Positions 16,462 through 24,178 of a stretch of 64,000 nt of DNA are shown in pieces. This stretch comes from Thermoleophilia bacterium (lineage in GTDB: Bacteria; Actinomycetota; Thermoleophilia; Miltoncostaeales; Miltoncostaeaceae). The notes beneath the pieces were generated by a model. It had not been told where the DNA came from and did no database searches. It worked only from the letters and a program-made list of their open reading frames with translations. Both the position numbers and the translations under genes were made by a program. The stretch spans positions 48,671-112,670 of the forward strand of contig JANQPH010000049.1 of assembly GCA_028285405.1 (NCBI GenBank). Direction: 5' to 3'. The stretch's first letter is position 1. Each line of letters opens with the position of its first letter.

Positions 16462-16788
16462 ATGGCGGTCGACTACTCACCGAAGGAGGCCCACGCGAAG
16501 TGGGTCGCCGGCGAGGTCGTGATCATCGACGTGCGCGAGCAGCTCGAGCACGACACGACTCGGATCGACGGAGTCCCCCTGATTCCCATGTCGGAGCTGC
16601 TCGAGCGGATCGACGAGCTGCCGACCGACACCGAGCTCGTGATGCTGTGTCGAAGCGGTGGCCGCAGCGCGCGCGTCGCCGATCACCTGAACGCCCAGGG
16701 TGAGCACGGCGAGGTCGCCAACCTCGAGGGCGGGATCATCGGGTGGGCCGCTGAGGGCCTCCCCTACGAGGGCGAGACGCCGAGCTAG
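16462..16788 (+). CDS. Rhodanese-like sulfurtransferase domain protein
   Basis: MAVDYSPKEAHAKWVAGEVVIIDVRE..E is followed by the active-site loop MLCRSGGRSARVA. It is a single rhodanese domain of about 108 aa. Confidence 0.85.
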   Translation: MAVDYSPKEAHAKWVAGEVVIIDVREQLEHDTTRIDGVPLIPMSELLERIDELPTDTELVMLCRSGGRSARVADHLNAQGEHGEVANLEGGIIGWAAEGLPYEGETPS

Positions 16789-17876
16789 AAGCGCTTGACG
16801 GGGCGGTACAGCGTGTCGCGCTGGACCGCGCGGCGGCCGGTCGCCTCGATCGCGGCGACCATCCGCTCGGTGTCGAGGCGGAATGCGGTGCCGGCGGCGC
16901 GCACCACGTTCTCCTCGATCATGATCGAGCCCATGTCGTCGCAGCCGAAGGCCAGCGCGAGCTGGCCGATGCGAAGGCCCTGAGTGACCCACGACGACTG
17001 GAAGTGCTCGAAGTTGTCGAGGTAGATCCGGCTGACCGCCAGCATCATCAGGTAGTCCGCCGACGTCGTCGGGACGTGGTCGTCACCCCGCGCGCTGCCC
17101 CCACCGGACTGGTAGCTCCAGCAGACGAATGCGCGAAAGCCCCCGGTGTCGTCCTGCACCTCGCGGAGGCGGCGCAGGTGCTCGATCCGGTCCTCCCAGG
17201 TGTCCACGGTGCCGTACATCATCGTGGCCGTGCTGCTCATGCCCTGCTCGTGAGCCGCGCGCATGACGCCGAGCCACTCGTCGCTCGTGGTTTTGCGCGG
17301 TGCGATCTCCTCCCGCACCCGGTCGACCAGGATCTCGGCGCCGCCCCCGGGGATGGAGTCGTGCCCGGCGGCGCGCAGGCGACCGATCGTCTCGTCCAGG
17401 TCGAGCTTCGAGACGTGCGCGATGTGGAGCACCTCGGAGGGCGAGAGCGCGTGCAGGTGGATCGGGTAGCGCGCCTTGATGTCGGAGAAGAGGTCCTCGT
17501 ACCACTCGATCCGCAGCCCCGGGTGGTGCCCGCCCTGCAGGAGCAGCGCGGTGCCGCCCAGCTCGAGGGTCTCCTCGATCTTGCGGAAGATCACCGTCTT
17601 GGGAAGGACATATCCCTCCGGGTCCATCGGCCGCCGGTAGAACGCGCAGAAGTCGCAGTCCGTCACGCAGAAGTTCGTGTAGTTCACGTTCCGATCGATG
17701 ATGAACGTGACCTCGCCGTCGTCGGTCTGGCGCGCCCGCTGTGCCGCGGCCGCCTGGCCCACCCGGATCAGGTCGCGCGAGGCGAGCAGCTCGACGGCCT
17801 CCTCGTCGGTGATGCGCGCTCCTTGGCCCGCGCGCTCGAGGATGTCGTCGACTCGGTTGGGTGCGACCGTCGCCAT
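16785..17876 (-). CDS. mqnC: Radical SAM enzyme of the futalosine pathway, most like cyclic dehypoxanthinyl futalosine synthase
   Basis: VTFIIDRNVNYTNFCVTDCDFCAFYRRP contains the CxxxCxxC motif. Also present are LLLQGGHHPGL, HLHALSPSEV and MMYGTVDTWEDRIEHLRRLREVQDDTGGFRAFVCW. The FCAFYR context favours MqnC over MqnE, but that is my judgement only. Confidence 0.75.
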   Translation of the reverse strand: MATVAPNRVDDILERAGQGARITDEEAVELLASRDLIRVGQAAAAQRARQTDDGEVTFIIDRNVNYTNFCVTDCDFCAFYRRPMDPEGYVLPKTVIFRKIEETLELGGTALLLQGGHHPGLRIEWYEDLFSDIKARYPIHLHALSPSEVLHIAHVSKLDLDETIGRLRAAGHDSIPGGGAEILVDRVREEIAPRKTTSDEWLGVMRAAHEQGMSSTATMMYGTVDTWEDRIEHLRRLREVQDDTGGFRAFVCWSYQSGGGSARGDDHVPTTSADYLMMLAVSRIYLDNFEHFQSSWVTQGLRIGQLALAFGCDDMGSIMIEENVVRAAGTAFRLDTERMVAAIEATGRRAVQRDTLYRPVKRF

Positions 17877-17886
17877 GACGCCGATC

Positions 17887-18687
17887 TTACGCCGCGACCG
17901 GAACGACGTCGTCGAGCAGCCCGATCTGCCGACATTCGTCCAGGAAGCGCACCAGGCCCGCGCGCTCGTCGTGTCCGAAGCCGAAGCGCAGCCGTCCCAG
18001 GTACTCGCGGACGTAGTCCTCTGCGAACGGGTAGCGATCCGCGGCGGCGACCACGACCGGCTCGGGATCGGCGGCGAACCGCTCGTGGGCGTCGGTCAGC
18101 ACCGCGCTGAGCGCCGCCAGATCCTCCGTGCGCGTGGCGGCCGTCTCGGCCCGGGCCGCCCAGACGGCGAAGACCATGGGAAGGTCGGTCCACTCTCGCC
18201 AGCGCTGCGCGAGGTCGGTCGCGTAGGGCGCGACACCGGAGCGGAGTCCGAGCAGGGCGTCGTCGCCGATCAGGAGCACCCCGTCGTACCTGGTGAGCGC
18301 GTCGGGGAGATCGCTGTCGAGCTCGTCGAACGGTGGCAGCTCGGGCCCGAGGAGGATGCGCAGCAGCGCGACGGATGTCGCGCTGTGGGTCGTGACGGCG
18401 ACCGAGCGGACGTCCGAGAACGGGACGCGCGAGAAGAGCTGGATCGAGTCGACGGCACCCGCTGCCGTGATCGACGCAACCGGAAGCAGCGAGAGCGCCT
18501 TGGCGTTTCGGGCCCACTCGATGCTCGAGACCGCCGACACGTCGAGCGCTCCGTCGAGCAGCGCCCGGTTGAGCGCCGCGGGGCGCCCGTCCGTGAACGC
18601 CAGCCGTGGCGTGACCGCCCGCTCGAGCCCGTGGTAGAGCGGGTACATGTTGAGGTCGGCGATTCGGCCGACGCGCAGCGCGGTCAT
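17887..18687 (-). CDS. mqnA: Chorismate dehydratase (futalosine pathway MqnA)
   Basis: MTALRVGRIADLNMYPLYHGL...SSIEWARN...LPMVFAVWAAR is typical of the MqnA periplasmic-binding-like fold family. The ATG at 18687 overlaps the upstream stop (ATGA). Confidence 0.85.
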   Translation of the reverse strand: MTALRVGRIADLNMYPLYHGLERAVTPRLAFTDGRPAALNRALLDGALDVSAVSSIEWARNAKALSLLPVASITAAGAVDSIQLFSRVPFSDVRSVAVTTHSATSVALLRILLGPELPPFDELDSDLPDALTRYDGVLLIGDDALLGLRSGVAPYATDLAQRWREWTDLPMVFAVWAARAETAATRTEDLAALSAVLTDAHERFAADPEPVVVAAADRYPFAEDYVREYLGRLRFGFGHDERAGLVRFLDECRQIGLLDDVVPVAA

Positions 18688-19238
18688 CGCGCCACCGCCT
18701 CGGCGCCAACCGCCCCGGCGAGCAGCGACGGGTCCGCCGGATCGTCGGGCGGGATGAGCCAGTCGGTGGCGCCGAAGGCGACCGCGACCTGGCAGGCGTG
18801 GCGGCCGAGCGTGCGCCAGTCCGGGCGAATCCACGGGACCTCGGGTGCCGCCAGCCGGGCGGCCGTGACGACGGACAGGTCCTCGTACCCCCACGAGGCT
18901 GGGCGTGCGGATCCGCCGCCTTCCGGTCGCAACACGATTGCTTTGAGCAGGCCGGTCTCGGCGGCGAGCGCCCCCAGCGCGATCAGGCGGTCCGCGACGA
19001 CGCCGGGCTCGCGCGCGTCGCCGTAGATCACGAGCGCCTCGCTCGGCCGTCCCTTCGCGTGTGCCTCGGCGTGGGCCGAGATGGCGCCCTCGGTCTCGTG
19101 GTCGATCAGCCAATCGCTCGGCGCTGGAGTGCGCGACCACGTGATCACCCGCGGGCCCGTGCTCGGGACCCGGGCGGCGGCGCTCACGGGGTCGGTTGCC
19201 GCCACGATGGCGGCCAGATCGGATGCGGCGATGCTCAT
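18684..19238 (-). CDS. Hypothetical protein resembling the C-terminal half of MqnC/MqnE-type radical SAM enzymes, with no CxxxCxxC motif
   Basis: ALVIYGDAREPGVVADRLIALGALAAETGLLKAIVLRPEGGGSAR...QVAVAFGATDW aligns by eye with ATMMYGTVDTWEDRIEHLRRLREVQDDTGGFRAFVCW..GGGSAR...QLALAFGCDDM of the mqnC product in this window. ATGA overlaps occur at both ends. Confidence 0.6.
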   Translation of the reverse strand: MSIAASDLAAIVAATDPVSAAARVPSTGPRVITWSRTPAPSDWLIDHETEGAISAHAEAHAKGRPSEALVIYGDAREPGVVADRLIALGALAAETGLLKAIVLRPEGGGSARPASWGYEDLSVVTAARLAAPEVPWIRPDWRTLGRHACQVAVAFGATDWLIPPDDPADPSLLAGAVGAEAVAR

Positions 19239-20401
19239 TGGTAGCGGTCGACCACCGCGTCGGCGACCGCGAGCATGGCCACACCATCGGCGCCGCCGAT
19301 GTCGCCGTCGAGCGAGTCTCGGGCCGCGGCCACGAACTCGAGCGCGCGCGTCCGGGCCAGCTCGAGCCCACGGTGCTGAGCGAGCCGGTCGCACAGCGCC
19401 TCCAGGTCGGATCCCGCGCGAGCGGCCTCGACCTCGCGCGCGAGCCGGGGCTCGATCCCCAGCGCGAGGATCACGGGGAGGGTGACCGTGCCATCGCGAA
19501 GGTCCGCGCCGCGCCGCTTTCCGGTCGTGGCGGGTGCCCCCGCCAGATCGAGGATGTCGTCGAAGATCTGAAATGCCAGGCCGACGTTCTCGCCGAACGC
19601 GGTGAGCCGCTCCGTCGCCTCGGGGCTCGCTCCGGTGACGACGGCGCCGAGCCGGCAGGCCACCGCGAACAGCGCCGCGGTCTTCCGCCGGCACCGCTCG
19701 ATGTACGCATCCTCGCCGAGCGAGAGGTCGAAGGCCGCGCGCTGCTGGTCCATCTCGCCCTGCGACAGGGCGAGGGCCGCCTGCGCGAGTGCGCGGACCG
19801 CCGGGGGCGAGCCCGTCCGCGTGAGCTCGGCGAAGGCGCAGGCGAACAGGAAGTCCCCGGTCTGGATCGCCGCCTCGGCACCGCGCGAGTCGACGATGGT
19901 GGGCAGTCCCCGCCGCATCGTGGCCCCGTCGATCAGGTCGTCGTGAACGAGGGTGGCCATGTGCACCAGCTCGACGGCGGTGGCGGCCGAGACCAGGTGC
20001 TCCTCGTTCGCGTCCGAGCCGGCGCCGGCGCAGAAGACGAGCAGCGGTCGAACGCGCTTGCCGCCCGCGGCCAGCGTCTCGAGCGCGGGCTCGGCCACCT
20101 CGGGAACGCCACCGGCGACGGCCTCGGTGAGGCGTCGCTCGCAGGCGCCCAGCAGGGGCCGGAAGGTGCGAAGGCGGGCCGGTGTGGGGGCGGTCGACGC
20201 TATCGGACTCGTCCCCAGTGCAGCGTCACGATCCCGCCGGCGAGCGGCCTCCAGTGGACGTCGCCGAGACCGGAGTCGTGCATTCGCTCGGCCAGCGTGG
20301 CCGGATCGGGGAACCGTCGCACGGACGCGGGAAGGTAGCTGTAGGCGGCGCCATCCCGCCCGAGCGTCGCGCCGAGCGCGGGGACCAGCCGGTCGAACCA
20401 C
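19235..20401 (-). CDS. Long-chain trans-polyprenyl diphosphate synthase (hepta/octaprenyl type)
   Basis: Both Asp-rich motifs are present (LVHDDLIDGATMRRG and FQIFDDILD), along with GKRVRPLL and KTAALF. The only canonical start in frame is GTG 20401, which overlaps menG by 202 nt. The homology-expected N-terminus lies near 20203 (see findings). Confidence 0.85.
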   Translation of the reverse strand: MVRPAGPRARRDARAGWRRLQLPSRVRATVPRSGHAGRANARLRSRRRPLEAARRRDRDAALGTSPIASTAPTPARLRTFRPLLGACERRLTEAVAGGVPEVAEPALETLAAGGKRVRPLLVFCAGAGSDANEEHLVSAATAVELVHMATLVHDDLIDGATMRRGLPTIVDSRGAEAAIQTGDFLFACAFAELTRTGSPPAVRALAQAALALSQGEMDQQRAAFDLSLGEDAYIERCRRKTAALFAVACRLGAVVTGASPEATERLTAFGENVGLAFQIFDDILDLAGAPATTGKRRGADLRDGTVTLPVILALGIEPRLAREVEAARAGSDLEALCDRLAQHRGLELARTRALEFVAAARDSLDGDIGGADGVAMLAVADAVVDRYQ

Positions 20402-20922
20402 AGCCGGTAGAAGTGCTGAAGCCGCCGCGGAGTGCTGATCTCGAGGACCACCATGCGTCCGCCCGGACGGACGACGCGGGCCATCTCGGCCAGTCCGCGA
20501 TCGAGCGACGCCAGGTTGCGGACGCCGAACGCGACGGTCACGGCATCGAAGGCGTCGTCGGCGTAGGGCAGGTCGGTCGCGTCTCCGACCTCGAAGCGCA
20601 CGTCGTCGCCGCGGGCGCTCGCCTTCTCGCGGGCCCGTTCGAGCATCTCGGGGCTGACGTCGAGTCCGACGACCTGACCTTTCGCCGTCGTCCGCGCCGC
20701 CAGCTCGAGCGCGAGGTCACCCGTACCGGTGCAGACGTCGAGCGCCCGATCACCGGCTGCGAGGTCGGCGAGGGCGGCCGCCTGACGGCGCCAGCTGCGA
20801 TCGAGCCCCATCGTCATCGCGCGGTTCAGCAGGTCGTAGCGCGGCGCGATGCGATCGAACATCGCCCGCACCTGGTCTGGCGGGAGCTCCCCGGACCGTG
20901 CGTCCGCGAGATCGGTGCTCAC
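20200..20922 (-). CDS. menG: Demethylmenaquinone methyltransferase (UbiE/MenG family)
   Basis: MFDRIAPRYDLLNRAMTMGLDRSWRR...ALDVCTGTGDLA...GLDVSPEML...FDAVTVAFGVRN...RPGGRMVVLE is the canonical UbiE/MenG SAM-methyltransferase sequence. The GTG at 20922 overlaps the ubiX stop (GTGA). Confidence 0.9.
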   Translation of the reverse strand: MSTDLADARSGELPPDQVRAMFDRIAPRYDLLNRAMTMGLDRSWRRQAAALADLAAGDRALDVCTGTGDLALELAARTTAKGQVVGLDVSPEMLERAREKASARGDDVRFEVGDATDLPYADDAFDAVTVAFGVRNLASLDRGLAEMARVVRPGGRMVVLEISTPRRLQHFYRLWFDRLVPALGATLGRDGAAYSYLPASVRRFPDPATLAERMHDSGLGDVHWRPLAGGIVTLHWGRVR

Positions 20923-21548
20923 GACGCCAGCCCCGGTTGCTGCTCGCCCCATCGCTCGAGCAGGTCGTGCTCGACCCCGAGATGGTCGAGCGCCTTGCCG
21001 ACGACGAAGTTCACGAGGTCGTCGATGCGGTCCGGCAGGTGGTAGAAGCCCGGCGCCGCCGGAAGGACCACCGCGCCGGCTCGGGTCAGCGTGAGCATGC
21101 TCTCGAGCTGGATCGAGCTCACGGGCGTCTCGCGCGGAACCAGCACCAGCGGCCGGCGCTCCTTCAGCATCACGTCCGCGGCGCGATGGATCAGGTTGCG
21201 TCCGGTTCCGTGTGCGATCGCGCCGAGCGTGCTCCCCGAGCACGGCACGATCAGCGCGCCCTTGGTCCTGGCCGACCCCGATGCGAACGGGCTGGTCATC
21301 TCCTGCAGTCCGAGCAGCCGCACGTCGCCTGCGGGGTCCGCGTGCGCGCGGACGAACTCGTCGACGACGACGCCGGCGTTCGGCGGCTCGTCGGGCCCGT
21401 TTCGCTGAAGCTCGTGGCTGATGACATGCGCGCCGGCGTGCGAGACACAGAGTCCGACCTCGTACCCGGCACGCGTCAGCCCGCGCAGAGCGACCGCCGC
21501 GTACGGAGCCCCGCTCGCGCCCGTCACCCCGAGGAAGACGCGTTCCAT
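20919..21548 (-). CDS. ubiX: Flavin prenyltransferase UbiX
   Basis: MERVFLGVTGASGAPYA...LIVPCSGSTLGAIAHG...RPLVLVPRETP...GAVVLPAAPGFY is a canonical UbiX/Pad1 sequence. Confidence 0.9.
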   Translation of the reverse strand: MERVFLGVTGASGAPYAAVALRGLTRAGYEVGLCVSHAGAHVISHELQRNGPDEPPNAGVVVDEFVRAHADPAGDVRLLGLQEMTSPFASGSARTKGALIVPCSGSTLGAIAHGTGRNLIHRAADVMLKERRPLVLVPRETPVSSIQLESMLTLTRAGAVVLPAAPGFYHLPDRIDDLVNFVVGKALDHLGVEHDLLERWGEQQPGLAS

Positions 21549-21626
21549 AGAGGGGACTCTAGTGCGGTGTGGCGACCGAGCCCACAGGCACCCGAGGAGC
21601 CCTGCCGGCTGGGCTCCCGGCGCGGA

Positions 21627-22388
21627 TCAATTGAAGTCGGTTCCGAGACCGTTCAGGAAGACCGCGAGCTCCTGGTACTGCTGATCGGTGAAGTTCGTGA
21701 ACGCCGGCATCGAGGATCCGGGCACGAACTCGGGCGGGTTCTTGAGGTGGCCGATCTGCCACTCGTCGGTCCTGCCCTTCTCGCCTTCCTTGGAGAGATC
21801 CGGCCCCGGTCCGGGCGCACCGACCCCGTTGATCATGTGGCAGCTCGCGCAGCCATTGAGCAGATAGAGCTCGAAACCGGCCTCGGCTTCGGGGAAGTTC
21901 TCGATCCCGGGTATCTCGAGCTCGTCCGCGGCAACCGCGCCACCCGGCGAGTTGGCGCCCTCCTCGGTGAGGTAGGCGAGCATGAAGATCACCACGATGG
22001 CGGTCACGACCGACACGGGCCGGCGCCAGATCCTGCGCTCCGGTCCGCGATCGATGAACGGCCAGATGATCAGGAGCACCATCAGGAGGTTCGGGACGAT
22101 GAACGTCGCCATGATCACCGGCGTCAGCGCGTCCTCGCCCTCGAAGATCTTGAGGAGCTCGAAGAGGAAGAAGAAGTACCACTCGGGCCGCGGCACGAAG
22201 TCGGTGGTCGCGGGGTTGACCGGCTCGCCGATCTCCACCCGGAAGATCACCGCGAAGGCGATCACCACGCCGAGCGTCGCGGTGGCGACGATCAGGTCGT
22301 GGGCGACCGCGTATGGGAAGAACGGCTTGCCGTCCTTCTTGGAGGCCTCGAACTCCCGCTTGTAGGCGAGCTTCTGAGAGCGCTTCAC
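21627..22388 (-). CDS. qcrC: Menaquinol:cytochrome c reductase cytochrome b/c subunit (subunit IV-like domain fused to a mono-heme cytochrome c)
   Basis: PRPEWYFFFLFELLK is the cytochrome b C-terminal/subunit IV motif, followed by 3 TM helices and a C-terminal heme c site (GCASCHMINGVG...MPAF). The architecture matches Bacillus-type QcrC. The GTG start overlaps the qcrB stop. Confidence 0.85.
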   Translation of the reverse strand: MKRSQKLAYKREFEASKKDGKPFFPYAVAHDLIVATATLGVVIAFAVIFRVEIGEPVNPATTDFVPRPEWYFFFLFELLKIFEGEDALTPVIMATFIVPNLLMVLLIIWPFIDRGPERRIWRRPVSVVTAIVVIFMLAYLTEEGANSPGGAVAADELEIPGIENFPEAEAGFELYLLNGCASCHMINGVGAPGPGPDLSKEGEKGRTDEWQIGHLKNPPEFVPGSSMPAFTNFTDQQYQELAVFLNGLGTDFN

Positions 22389-23275
22389 GAGGAGCCTCCA
22401 CCGTCGGCGGTGACCGGCTCACGCTGCGGCGTCGTACCCGGCGCCGGCACGGGCTTGCGGCCGTGCGGCAGCTGCTCCCGTGCGGCTCTGCGTCGCGCGT
22501 CCTCTTCCTCGCGCCGGGCCTTCATGAGCCGCTTGGAGTAGGGCGGCTCCGAGATCCCGAGGCGCGCGATCAGGTAGAGGTGAATCCCGATCAGCGTCGC
22601 GATTGCACCGGGTATCACGAGCATATGGAGCGAATAGAAGCGCGAGAGCGTATTCGGCCCGAACTCGGGTCCGGCGCGCAGGATGTCGGCGACGTAGGGA
22701 CCGAGGATCGGTGCGCTCGCGGTGATGTTGACCGCCACGACCGTCGCCCAGTAGGCCTTCTGGTCCCAGATCAGGAGGTACCCGGTGAGCGCCATGAACA
22801 TGGTCAGGACCAGGAGCAGGGCTCCGGTGACCCAGGTGAGCTCCCGCGGGTACTTGTAGGAGCCGAAGAAGAAGACCCGGCCCATGTGCAGGAACACCAC
22901 GATCACCATGGCGCTGGCGCCCCACTTGTGCATCCCGCGGACGAGCCAGCCCCAGGTCACCTCGTCGGTGATGACCTCGATGCTGTTGAACGCGGTGGCG
23001 GGGTCCGGCTTGTAGAACATCGCGAGGACGATCCCGGTGACGGCCTGCATCGCGAAGATCACGAGCGCCGTGAAGCCGAGCGTCTGGAACCAGCTCGTCT
23101 CCTTCGGGATCTTCCGGAACATCATCCACTTGACGTCCGGGACCACCTTCGTCCGCTCGTCGACGTACTCGAGCGTCATGTCGGTCGCCTTGGTGATCGG
23201 ACCGGTCGGCCCGATGTCCTTGGCTGCCCGCGCGGTGCGGTCTTCCTGATCCTGGGGTGTGGCCTCGGTGCTCAT
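22385..23275 (-). CDS. qcrB: Cytochrome b6-type subunit of menaquinol:cytochrome c reductase
   Basis: WFQTLGFTALVIFAMQAVTGIVLAMFY...VRGMHKWGASAMVIVVFLHMGRVFFFGSYKYPRELTWVTG...FYSLHMLVIPG carries the heme-ligating His pairs of the cytochrome b N-terminal domain. Confidence 0.9.
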   Translation of the reverse strand: MSTEATPQDQEDRTARAAKDIGPTGPITKATDMTLEYVDERTKVVPDVKWMMFRKIPKETSWFQTLGFTALVIFAMQAVTGIVLAMFYKPDPATAFNSIEVITDEVTWGWLVRGMHKWGASAMVIVVFLHMGRVFFFGSYKYPRELTWVTGALLLVLTMFMALTGYLLIWDQKAYWATVVAVNITASAPILGPYVADILRAGPEFGPNTLSRFYSLHMLVIPGAIATLIGIHLYLIARLGISEPPYSKRLMKARREEEDARRRAAREQLPHGRKPVPAPGTTPQREPVTADGGGSS

Positions 23276-23279
23276 GGGG

Positions 23280-24017
23280 TCATCCGAGCGGGTAGAGGTT
23301 CTTCAGCACGCCATCGAGCGGCTCTCCAGGCGCCTTCAGCTTGAAGATCTCGAGGCTGTCGTTCAGGGAGTACGGCACGCCGATCAGGAGGCGATCGTCC
23401 GGTGAGACGTCGCGCAGGCCGGAGGGGTCGAGACGGGTCGCCACGTCCTCGCCATCGGCGGTCACGACCTTCCAGTCGAAGCGATCGAGCGGGCGGACCG
23501 GCGGGCCCGCCGTGACCTGGCCGACGCTGTTGTAGGCGCCACCGTGGCACGGGCACGCGAAGACGTCTCCACCCGGCGAGTAGGACACCGGGCATCCGAG
23601 GTGCGTGCACCGGTTCCAGATGCAGACGATCTCGCCGTCGCGGAACCGGACGAACGCGCGGCGGTCGGCTTCGGGGTCGGGGCCCGAGATCGCGATCGAC
23701 GAGGTCTCGCCCTCGGGGAAGTCGCTCATCGGGCCGGCATCCACCCAACGCGCCGGCTCGGAGTCGAAGTTGTCGGCGACCGCGAAGCCGACGACCGGAA
23801 CCAGGATCGCCGCGGTCATCACGCCGCCGGCGGCGATCGCCACGCCGGTCATGAACCGCGTCCGCGTGATGTAGCTCGGGTCCTTCTCGGGATCCTTCGC
23901 TGGAGCCTCGACCTCGGTCGCGCGCGGGCCCTGGTAGCGAGCGGCGCCCTCGGGGCTCGCGTCGTCGCCGGGTGGCACGCCTCCGTCTTCGGGCTTGCGC
24001 CCATCGCCCTCAGGCAC
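23280..24017 (-). CDS. qcrA: Rieske [2Fe-2S] subunit of menaquinol:cytochrome c reductase
   Basis: Rieske box CTHLGCPV...CPCHGGAY, preceded by a TM anchor (FMTGVAIAAGGVMTAAILVPVVGFAV). The start is GTG at 24017. Confidence 0.9.
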   Translation of the reverse strand: MPEGDGRKPEDGGVPPGDDASPEGAARYQGPRATEVEAPAKDPEKDPSYITRTRFMTGVAIAAGGVMTAAILVPVVGFAVADNFDSEPARWVDAGPMSDFPEGETSSIAISGPDPEADRRAFVRFRDGEIVCIWNRCTHLGCPVSYSPGGDVFACPCHGGAYNSVGQVTAGPPVRPLDRFDWKVVTADGEDVATRLDPSGLRDVSPDDRLLIGVPYSLNDSLEIFKLKAPGEPLDGVLKNLYPLG

Positions 24018-24178
24018 TCACTGGACCTCCGGGTCGGTCGCAGCGGGCCCATTGCCCCCTGCGATCGGGGATTCAATCCGACGGGCCCCGCAGGTTCAAC
24101 GTGGGCCGTGGTGTCGGATGTCCCGATGTGCGGACAATCTCGACGGATATCGCCTTCAAATGGGCCGCCGAGAGGCCG

